DNA of 64,000 nucleotides from Balanoglossus misakiensis (lineage: Eukaryota; Animalia; Hemichordata). The notes below the pieces were generated by a model, which worked only from the letters and a program-made list of their open reading frames with translations, searched no databases and was not told the DNA's origin. Every line of letters starts with the position of its first letter. Position 1 is the first letter of the stretch. Where the stretch lies: assembly GCA_040954595.2 (NCBI GenBank), contig CM082592.2, forward strand, positions 11,503,912-11,567,911, read 5' to 3'. This document shows positions 1-10,945 of the stretch, piece after piece. The position numbers and the translations under genes were made by a program.

Positions 1-117
1 CAAAGCAAATAAGACCCACAATAATTGTCTACTTCTCAATGTGGTCACTTAAGATCTACAATTGTGGGATTGATGTACGTTATATAATATTTCAAGACAG
101 TTAATATCCTCTTTCAG

Positions 118-191
118 CAGAGAGGCCCATTTATGATTATCAAGTCAGTGAGGAGGGTGAACTCAGTAATAGTACTGGTCAGACTCAATGA
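118..191 (+). CDS. possible terminal exon of an unidentified + strand gene entering from the left edge
   Basis: Acceptor-like tcctctttcagcag (107-120), open frame RPIYDYQVSEEGELSNSTGQTQ*, TGA at 189-191 and AATAAA at 211-216. No homology recognised. Confidence 0.25.
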
Positions 192-991
192 TACTTTCAT
201 TGTCTACACGAATAAAAAAAGAAGAAATGTATCACAATATTCACACATAATACAGCTGTTTTTTAAATTGAATCATGTTCAGTTTTGAAATCTAACGCCT
301 ATTGATAACTCATAAATATGTATGCTTAGTGCAGGCATTGTATGCAAATTGTTTCGCAGCCTTGGGGAGAGAACAGCGCCATCTATGTTGATTTATGAAA
401 AGTAGAAGGTCAATTTTATCAAGTAAGCCAAGGCCATCAAATGAAAAAACAAAAATCCATAAAAAAAAATCAAGGCCTTTGTAAGCATACACTCTTTAGG
501 TGACCTATCTCTGAGGTTGTTACAAACTCCTAGATCCATGTGCTTTTTACTATTTTCAAAAAATTATGAACAGTGAGGGCTTTATAACCCTGTAGGAGTA
601 TGGTACGATATTTAAAATATGTTTGAGATTGTCATGTTTCAAGTAATGTAGCCTTGGCAGCACTGTCAAGGTTGTCAAAGCTGACATGACTGGGCCATAA
701 ATTCAACATTCACCTGTGTATATGCATTTATAGCATCAAGATAACACAAGTTATACAAAGAAATGAAGGATGATTGTGTTGGGTTTTTGCTGTGTCAGAA
801 GAATGCTTGACTGAGTGAAGCAGCTGTCTAAATGACGAAACATTAAATTATCACTTGCGCCCTCAAGAGGCAAATTCTACCCTCCCTTGAAAATGAAGTT
901 GTTTCCATACCAACAATTTAAATAATATGGACTACCCACCCAGTAGTAATTGGGCCCTGAAAAAAAACACTGAGAAAGTAAGACTACTCAC

Positions 992-3900
992 ATCATCTTC
1001 ATCTTTCTCTTTCTTTGACTTGCTTGGTTTCAATGGTTTATCATCAGATGATATGGATGACTCTGATTCAGACGATTCACTGGAAATGTATTCTTTACTC
1101 TTGTAGTTGGTGCCACTTCCTGCTTTGGATGGCGATTTCTGGAGCTTCTTCTCAGCGGCCTTCGATCTGGTGAGAAGATGCCGATATAATGCTCGTGAGA
1201 AGTTTTCACTACTTGGGTTTTCTACATTTGCTCTGCTTTCGCTTGACAATTACCACAAAATCCCATTACAATAAAGTTGATGTGTGGTTTGCTTTCTACA
1301 TGGAAAATCTTCTCTGATGAAAAGTTTCGCCACTTCCTCACGTGGCAGGCTTTGACAGGTTTCTATCAACCATGCGATTGGATCGTATATTTACCGTTTC
1401 TCTTTTCTGGGTTTCTTGGGTCTCCCAGCATCGCTACTACCACCACCACCACGATCACCTTCATCATCATCATCATCTTCATCATCTTGTGGTCTGGACT
1501 TGTACTCCTCCATTGCTATTTCATATTCAGCTCTCAGTTCCTTGGCTCTGGCTACAAAACCCTGCAAATAATAGCAATCATTATGCATTATTTCCAAGAC
1601 CCAAACTGTAAGTTCCAAGAATGAAACCTGTTCTTTCCAGGAACAAAAAAACAGGCGGTAGCTCACAAAGAAACAATTAATAAATGCACTCCAACCAGAC
1701 ATGACTGGTATGTCCACACCCCCTGCTGCAAGACAAAACCCGAACACAAATATTTCGTACCTCTTTATCCTTCTCGGACATGCCACTCCACAACTCCCCT
1801 CCTCGCTTTGTTACCTCGGCGACAGACATTCCAGGCCTTTCCTTCTTTATCTTTTCCCTGTTTTCGTTCAGGAACAGGAAGTAGGCAGTGGTTGGTCTCT
1901 TGGGTCTGTTGGGATCTTTTTCCTGCTTCTTGCGTTTCTTTCGTGGTTTCTCCGACTGGAAAACAAACATAGCAGACCAGGTTTTTGAATTTGCTTTCTG
2001 TACAATTTACAATGACTGTTTAAACATTCTACAAAACAGAACTTAAAAATGTAACATTGTTTCATAAAATGCTTCGAACAAAATGCTGCCGTGAAGCGTA
2101 AAATATTAGTGCAGCGCCATCTATGCTTAGTCTCTTGTTTCTTTCTTCTTTACTTCATCAACGTTGTCAAGGACATGTAAGTGCAACGCTAGTAACGTAT
2201 CAAAGTGTTCAAATATCCTACCACAGTTTTCGTTTTGGTTTTCTTTTTCTCTTTCTTCTTCTTTGCCTCTGAATCACTCTCTCCCTCGTCACCACTTTCA
2301 GATGTCATGGCATTGCTGTCGTACCTGTAGACGAAAGCACAGAAGAGTTGCAATGAGTCTGTGTGCCATTTCACAGAAGGCATCCCCCTGGATGACAACT
2401 CCAGTTTTGGGATCAATTGAAGTCAGGCTGGTAGCATGTGGTGGGCAATTCCATTTCATATGTAAGTAGGTAGGAAAGGGTATAACTTACTCTTCAGCTA
2501 CACTGCTACTGTCACCAGGATTGAAGGATTCATCTGCAACAAGACAGAGAAACAGAAATGTTACCACAATTTACATTTGATTTCAGCATGAGTGATTTAC
2601 TCAAGCATTATGTAAACAGTACACTTAGTGAATATATTCAACAGGAGCACCACAAGCACAATTTTCTCTTGACACTTGGAGTCATCAAGACCACATACAC
2701 AGCCAAGTACAGACAGCGGCACAGTTTCAATCAAGTGTCACTCTATTTTGTTTTTCAGCAGAACTCATTCACTGAACACAAATTCGTGTTGCCATATGAA
2801 CTCACCAGACTCATCATCAGATTCACTCTCGTATTCAACTCTCTGTCGTCCTTCGGCCTTCACATGTTCCAAGTACGCGTCGTGTGCGTCTTCATCATCA
2901 CTGCCAATCAGGTCATCATAGTCTCCCACATCCTGAACAAGAATCAAGATTTCAAGATATTATATCTCTGTTATGACATTAGATTTGTGACATCATCAGG
3001 TGACTGCTGCTAACAAATTGGGAGTGTAGTAGCCTTACTGCACTGCATACCATGCAAGACTAATAAATTTAAGCATAACTTACGCGACTCTTCATGCCAA
3101 CGTTCTTAATCTTGAGTCTCTTTGTACTGACAAAGTCATACAGTTTGCTGTATTCATCTCTGTAACCAAAGACAGTACGTGATCAGATTTGCAAATTCGA
3201 TTTGTATCAATTGCAGTGTGGTAGAAGTACACACACAAACACTGACGTGAGACACACTACATGTACACATATGGTAAATGTAATCATGATTGAAGAACAT
3301 ATCACTGACTGGTTGCATATGCTCAACACACATCAACACAAACACAGTGGTTCATATTGCCACATAAACAAAGTGAAATGCCATACTTACTTTTCAATAC
3401 TGCTGAAACCATACTGACTACCACTCGTGGTCTCTATTTCAAAGTCAAAATAACGACTGCTTCCGGTACCACGGGCAAAATTGACGCATGAAATCTCATC
3501 AAAGCGGATGTGCAGAGGTGGCTTGTGTACGAAGATGACACCTCTCTCCAAGGGATACAGGAATCCGCTGTTGGATTTGTAAGAACAGCTGATAGCGCTG
3601 GTTCCAGATTTGCTGCAAAAATAGAAATACAATAAATGCTATGAAGGAGTGGTTTAAGTGAACTACTTATACCGCCCTAACCCCATCATGTTAAGGTCCA
3701 GGTGAATTGTTTTCAATGGTATGGGTGTACCTACTTATAGGAAATGGGGGTGCTTGTGATGGTAGACATACTTACCCTTTGAAGTTGCCAGGCACAGTGA
3801 TTTTCCTATTGACGAGAGCTTTCATAATTCGGCTAACAATCTCATACAAGGCACCTGACATCTCCTTTTGTAGTTTGCCTTCAAATTTCTGTTCAATGTC

Positions 3901-6459
3901 TTCACTGCAATGACACAGAATTATGATTAGTTTATGTGCAATTGTCAGCCAACTTGTGCAACAAAAATATAGACACGTACATGTACACTATTTCTTGTAC
4001 TTACTCTGTCAAGTTCAAAGTCATGGACACCTCATCTTCTTTGCTGAATGAGAGGATGATGTGTTGATATCGAGTCTGACCTTGTTTGATGGGAGGATCT
4101 AAACTCATCTACAATAGATAAATTGGACATAAATTATGAATTAAACACAGTAATGCAGAATGGCGTCTGATGATTTGCTTTTCTTGGAAATCTTCAGACA
4201 GTGCACAAGTACACATTGTAAACTAAACTAAACCTTGTTTAACTTACCACAAAAAACATCTGTCTTTGGTCTTTGTGTGGCAGGAGAAAGAGACGCAATA
4301 CTGTGGTGTAAGGAATTTTGTAATCGAACGTTTTACCATGAAGTTGTAAAAAGCTTGGATAAATTTTGACGTCATACCGACCTCTGTGAAGAAAACAGAA
4401 ACAAATCAACTAGTTAGTAGTGATATCAGTGAAGCATGACAGGCTTATTCAACAGCTGAGAAGTTCACCAAGTCACAGTTTATGGTACAGCTCTATGGCT
4501 CTTGGCGAGTCACTGGTTTCAGGATAGATCCTGACACCTGTGACGTAGAGAAATTGTTGGTGTGATCACATAATCTTTACCTTGGTGTGAGGCAGGGAAT
4601 CTCTGTAAATGTTGCAATGGCATCTCCAGTTGCTTGGATGATATCTGCTTTGGCCAGAATATTTTTATGGAAATCCTGGTAGAAATGAAACAACAAAAAT
4701 AACCATGGTTAATATGCTCCAAGTACTATAGTTCAGAGTCAGCAATACTAAAGAACTTCCTTAACCCTTTCACCACCATGGTTCAGTCCAAATCCATTGT
4801 TTTCTACAGTAGGGTTGGACCTCTGAAGTGGGAACTGGGGGTGACACATACCTCGATAGGATCTGTATCACCGTCCGTTGGTGGAACAAAAAACCTCATT
4901 TCCATCAGTGAGACTGCTGCATCATCATTTTGGTGAAACTCGATGGTGATCTCATTCTTTCCTGTAGTGCTGTGTGATACGTTGTTGAGAGGGATGTTGA
5001 AGGCTGCTTTGTTGTCAACTTTGAACGACATTTCTGAACCTGGGGAGGAATCGAGAAACATTTGAGAATCTGATGGTATTACTTCTCATTTTATTTCGTT
5101 AAACGATTTTCATTATATTCATGATTTAATGCTAAAAAGGTGTAATTTAAAAGGAGTATCTGTGATATTGAATATCCTGTTATCTGCACTTTCTCAGGAT
5201 TGTCTAGAAATAAAAGCATTTCTTATAATCTTACCTTTGAACTTGGCCGTACCCCAATTCCAGCCTTTCAAAGACAGCTCTACATCCTCCAAGGAAAGAC
5301 TGTAATTCTTTTTGATGTATTCTGATAACCTGTCATAATCCTTGGAAGAGAACAAAATCATATTCAGACAGGACCTATCACATGACTGTTGCATTCATTG
5401 TTGGTCCTCACATCTAAACCACTGTGGCACACATACAAAGACAAGCTGAAACAGCATCATCTACATCAGCCATCTTATTTCATGCAATGTTCACCAAAAT
5501 TCAACACAGTGCATCACCTGCATTAATAGCAAACAGATTCAATATTTCGCAATACTTACGCCTTCTTTGAAGCCGTCATATCGAAATATCGTCCCATTTT
5601 TCATGAAGAGTTTCAGTTCATGGCCCCTGGCTGCTCTTAGCCATTTTGTCTTTTCAAGTTCCTCTATATGAACCTGTTCAACTTTGCCAGTTCTGTTGTT
5701 TTTAAAGACGACACCTTGCTTGTGTAGTTTCAGACGCCCACCATTCTACAACACAAAATAAGACACAAAACATTGTTTACAAATGATGTAAATGTTGTAA
5801 TAAACAGTTTTAGCAAACTCTATAAAGCATTATTACAATTGTAGTTTTGTGTGTGCTCAAGAATTCAAAGCTAGAGAGTGATGTATGTGTGTACGCACAC
5901 GTTCTGTGTGCATGTATTTATTTAGTATGTATGCGTTTGTGTTTACATGTATATATATGTATGTAGACAAAATTGAGCTTATGTTGCATCAAGAGCTTTC
6001 CGTCATGAGAATAGTTTCATAATCAGGTGGGCATGTGTAAATTTAGTAAATATCCACAGAACCTAAGTAACCATTGAACCAGTGTAACTTACACTATTAT
6101 TACAGTGTAATCATGTTCTCCCCTAGAGCAATGTATGGAAGCCATCACACTAAAACAGACCTTCATTAGCATACTAATTAGTTTTGTTATGCAAATTAGT
6201 ATTCACACTTCACAGACATTCCCGGAGAGAACAATGCCAACTACTTAGTATCCGTGTAGTATGTATATTTCGTTTGGAGGCCGCCATTTTGTATTTTGTC
6301 CATTACATACATACATACGTAGTCATTTCTAACATGCCATGCGTTTATACCGCAATCATTAGTTACAGAATATAGCCTTTTCAGAGTGTAAACTGTCGGA
6401 CTTACCATAGCCCCTTTGAACTCTTGAGATATATCGTTAAATTCTAAAACGTCAGCCAT
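992..6459 (-). CDS. SSRP1: FACT complex subunit SSRP1 (multi-exon; terminal exon not resolved)
   Basis: ATG at 6459 (MADVLEFNDISQEFKGAM). GT-AG exons include 6406-6459, 5560-5745, 5235-5340 (KGWNWG), 4852-5039 (EFHQNDDAAVSLMEMRF), 4581-4675, ~4248-4383, ~4004-4108, ~3776-3905, ~3391-3612 (GFLYPLERG..HKPP..FDFEIE), ~3084-3157, ~2807-2933, ~2491-2534, ~2222-2325, 1761-1955 (HMG box KDPNRPKRPTTAYFLF), 1395-1561 and 992-1166 (YKSKEYISSES). A GTGAGT donor follows 992, so at least one more exon is expected. Confidence 0.96.
4761..4846. repeat. short imperfect palindromic (MITE-like) element in an SSRP1 intron
   Basis: TCACCACCA...TGGGGGTGA terminal inverted match with an inner GTCCAA/TTGGAC pair. 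A diverged related copy lies at ~3677-3752. Confidence 0.5.
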
Positions 6460-7353
6460 CTTCTTTTGTATCAAGTACAAGATTGGCACACACACAAACG
6501 CAACACAGCTCAGTGCAATGCGACTTTTCTCTCTACTTTGAATACAGATGGCGGGAAATATTAAGCTGCCCTCTACGGTAGATAAATCTATGCCCTTTTT
6601 TTATTGGGCCACCTAAAAATCGCGTTGGAGAAGTCGTGTATTATGATATGGTTATTGGCTGAAAATTCCATGTACTGTTATTAAATAAGGGATTGCATAT
6701 GTTTTCTCACTTAAATAACTTATCCATCGTGTGAAAATGAAGAAATTTAATGAATTATGAAGCGAAATGTTAATGATTTGACAAAGTAGTACTCAATTTT
6801 CAGCATTGCAGTTTAACATGCAATTGTATAAGGCGTATATTTAATGTCGCAATTCTTTATATTTTTTAATTCGTGAAAGTTCAAATGTCCATTATTCATG
6901 GAAATTAACAAATTGTTCAGTTATACATGTATATTTCATCTTCCTCCCATAAAGTGACAGTGACCTGAACAGGCCACACCCTGAGTACTAGTAGGCCTAT
7001 ATCGCCCTCATCACAAGCAGACTAAAAATATTTTTTATTTTTAGTTCAGGAGCTCAATCATCATCTTGGGAACACAGTGACAGGGCTTGGACAGAAACAA
7101 TCAAACAAATGTCAAAGAAATACTTTTATACAACGTAATGACAGATTTATACCCTTCTGGGTATTTATTAGTTGATTCAGCGCTTTGTTGACTTTGTTTC
7201 TTCTGAGTCTTTGAACAAATGACATTCTTATCGGTTCCAATGTAACAAAACGTGAGAGTTGTGTCGTATAGTACTCAGTCTTTTTTAAAGACGACGACAG
7301 CACTGAGCTGAGTTGAGAGTGGGCAGAAGGTGCAAAGAAAAATAGTGGCACAG
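6460..7353. promoter_or_regulatory. divergent SSRP1/UNC93 promoter region with a probable non-coding first exon of UNC93
   Basis: The two genes are head-to-head. A strong donor CACAG|GTGAGT at 7353/7354 pairs with acceptor tttcctacag at 8327, just before the UNC93 ATG. CTCF-like motif at 6565-6578; YY1-like GCCGCCATTTTG at 6280. Confidence 0.5.
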
Positions 7354-8334
7354 GTGAGTAATGCTTTTATCGCAAAAAACACGAATACTTATACATCGCA
7401 ATTCATGAAAAGTCCTTCAAAATGATCTAAACGAAGCTCGCCCAGGTCAATGGATGAAATATTGTACCCTAGAGCATTGGAAATACCGATTACCGCACTT
7501 TACTTAATGACTTCTGTATGTCATCATTTTGTTTCGAGTCCAATCAAAACATCGGGAAAAAATGATTGTTTTCAACGCTAAATATATATGCAAACGGTAT
7601 TTCTGGACGACAATTTTGGGCTTGGGTCTTTGTTTTGAAAACTGTAGAGATGGGACCACGTCTTGGATTGCGCTTCGTCGTCATAAAATATATGCATGCA
7701 TGTCGTTGAAATTACTTGCAAACAATATGACAAACACCTTAGATTGTAGATGCCTGTTGGGTAGAACCGTCACCAAGAGTCAAACTCGCCATCATTTTAG
7801 GTGCCATTATTTGATTGCCTTTATTATTCCAAAATGAATAAGTCTATTGTTATGTTTTATCAGAAAAGACCGTCTCCCAGCAACGCGAAGGAAAGGCGAA
7901 GAAAACACATTCTCCCATCAATCATTTTTAAGTGGCGGTCATTCAGTAGTAAGCCTAAATACAACAGATACCGATCGATTTCACTTGGAAACGAGTTTTG
8001 TTAAGTTTCCAGTCAGCACCCCTGTCCATCATCTTGACAGTCAGTCAGTAAAACTCACGAAAGGCGACACACGTCTACCAGCCATCCGCCCGGGAAGACT
8101 TTGGTGGAGCGGTTTGGTTTCAGATTTGTTCAAGTCGACCATGCCACGTGCAATTTTTTTACCACTGTGACATAGTATTTCTATCTCAGTGCTTTATAGA
8201 ATACGTGGTGTTGAGTTCAGGGAGACCACAGTCAAGGTTATCTAATTTTCACCACTTTCTTGACTTTGGACGACCACAGCATCGACGGACATAATAGAAG
8301 GAACTTTCTTCGTCAGTTTTCCTACAGGAGCGAA

Positions 8335-10181
8335 ATGGAAAGCAGAGGATCACAGACACTGGATGAAAACGATGACGATTTGGCAGGAATGGCAAACGCC
8401 AAAAGATTCGCGGATAGTCTCGTCTGCGATGACGGTGACGATAAACAGCAATCACAAGACGCTGCGATGGACGACAAAGACGCTTTGGAGAAACAACTCA
8501 CCGAAAAAGAACGTGTCGGCCAAAAACGCCGCATTACGAAAAATTTACTGGCGCTTAGTATGTCCTTTCTGTTTCTCTTCACTGCTTTCCAAGCCCTGTC
8601 AAATTTGCAGAGTTCCATCAATTGCATCGAGAGTCTTGGACTGGCCTCTCTGTCGACAATCTACGTTTCCCTGATCCTGTCTTCTCTGTTTCTTCCACCG
8701 TTTGTTATTCGTTACTTGGGAACAAAATGGACGATGACTGTCTGTATGGGTTGCTATGTGCTCTACACGGCGGCCAACTACTACCCACAGTGGTACACAC
8801 TCATCCCAGCATCTGTCTTGGTCGGATTCGCCGCTGCCCCTCTCTGGACCTCCAAAGGCACTTATATGACCACCACCAGCATCCGATATGCTAGCCTGAA
8901 CGGAGAAAACTCAGACGCCGTCGTCAATCGCTTCTTTGGCATCTTTTTCATGTTTTTCCAGAGCAGTCAAATCTGGGGGAACCTCATATCTTCGACAGTT
9001 CTTGGGAGCTCATCAAGCGACGAGAACAACACCGATAGTGGCACAATCGCGTACACCTGCGGCGCCCGCGACTGTCAAGAAACTGACGGCAACGAGACGA
9101 CATTCTGCAACCCTCCTCCGCAGGATTTGACCAACATCCTCCTGAGTGCGTATCTCATCTCCGGCATCATCGCCATCGTCATCATCGCAGTCTTGTTAGA
9201 TCAACTAAGAGGGGCTGATGAGAGGAAGAAGAACTCCAAACCTCCCTGTCAGTTGTTCCTAGCAACGCTGAATCTTCTGAAAGACTATCGGATGGTTCTG
9301 TTGACACCACTGACTATATTCAGTGGTTTGCAACAAGCCTTTATTGCCGGTGATTTCACAAAGGTACACAGATAATAATGTAAACTTCTTATTACTAGTC
9401 GAAACGAATAATACCCGCATTTTATGGTGTGCTTCGGATATTGGGATTTCAGGGTTCCGTATTTATTTTTATGAGACAGATTTTGTCTACATTTACTGAA
9501 GGTATTAATATTTTATTGCAGTCGTACGTGTCTTGCGTTATTGGCGTTGACATGGTCGGTTACGTCATGATCTGCTACGGTGTGAGCGATGCCATATTTT
9601 CGCTGCTTGTTGGTCGCATCGCCAAGTACACTGGTCGAGTTGTCCTGGTAACCACCGGCGCCCTCATCGACCTAGCGCTTATCATCTCGTTGTTGCTATG
9701 GGAGCCACTGGAGGACCAGATGCCGGTTTATTTCATAGTAGCTGCTGCTTGGGGACTCGCAGATGCCATATGGCAGACTGAAATGAACTGTACGTATCTA
9801 TCTGGACATGCTATCATCAAAACCACCTGTTGAAGTTTCATGGTGGCCAATCCATCATGCGAGGTCTTCACCCGATTCAAATTTTCCAGCTCTCTCTATC
9901 CCCTCTCTCTCAAAGTCACCGTGAATTTGGAGTTAATCCTTTTGCATCATTCTTTTTCAGCTGTATATGGTGTGTTATTCAGCGACAACCAAGAATCCGG
10001 CTATTCCAACTACAGACTGTGGGAATCACTTGGTTTTGCAGCCTCTTTCGCGTACAGCGTGTTCTTCTGCGTCTCGACAAAGCTCTACATCTTGATAGCA
10101 TTTCTGGCCGTCGGAGTGCCTGCCTATTTCGTGGTTGAATACAAACGTTGGAAAGCACAGAGAGAGACTAGTTACAAATGA
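8335..10181 (+). CDS. UNC93A: protein unc-93 homolog A-like (MFS-type membrane protein)
   Basis: Exons 8335-9363, 9522-9789 and 9961-10181 join in frame. UNC-93 motifs KNLLALSMSFLFLFTAF..LSNLQSS, GFAAAPLWTSKGTY, FFGIFFMFFQSSQIWGNLISS, WGLADAIWQT and SNYRLWESLGF are present. Orthology versus an expanded paralogue is not resolved. Confidence 0.92.
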
Positions 10182-10945
10182 AGAGTATGCTGTCTATTGT
10201 CCACCCTAGATGGACGTATTTAGGCCTAATGTCAGTCACCTCTTCGTCTCGGTCGGCTCTTGGACCAAACATACTTGAGGAGTTTCTTCTGAACTATCTG
10301 TTACTATAGATCCTGGTAGTATTAAAGGTGTTTTTCATATCCTACATAACTAAATGTATATTAAGTAAGGAGTATTTTTATAGTTCATAGCAAATCAGAT
10401 GATAAAGTATATGTTTAACAGTGTATGATGTTATACTTCTCATCCATCATTACAGGATTTGAGTTAATTTCTTCATTATGTATCGAATTTCTTTCGACTT
10501 TACAGCCGATAATTTCAGCAAATAAAACATAATCTGTATTATAATGATGACTTCAGTACAGTCCATGTGTATGTGTTGTGCACGTATAATAATTTATACG
10601 TTGTCCACAAATGATATAGTAGTGTAATTATTTTACTAATTAGTACATGTAAATGGGAAGTCATTCGTCTTCTCTATGTACATTTTCTCACTAGTCACAA
10701 GTTCCTATGTCAATTTTGACAACCCCTATCACATGTATCAATTGCCTACTGCATGGACGACTGCCTAGCAGGCTAGCAATATCCACATATTCGCTAGACT
10801 TCGATCGTACCAACTTTGGAGTCTCCCCTCCCTTCCCTTGTCATGTCCTTTGGCCTTCAGTGCATTTGAACACTGCCCTCTAGCGGAAGTACTTCATTGC
10901 ATATAAGTTGGACCTTGGATGATGTCTTCTGCTGCTGTGTAGAAA

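Noticed and set aside
1277-1624. + strand ORFs with poly-His, poly-Ile and poly-Thr runs
   Set aside because: They are antisense shadows of the acidic, Gly-rich SSRP1 exon.
5464-5520. C/D snoRNA-like GTGATGC...CTGA on the minus strand of an SSRP1 intron (similar at ~21210-21268)
   Set aside because: The C box is non-canonical, the span is short, and no terminal stem or rRNA guide was recognised.
8260-8334. N-terminal extension of the UNC93 ORF in the ORF track
   Set aside because: It starts at TTG and lies mostly upstream of a splice acceptor at 8327; the likely start is the ATG at 8335.
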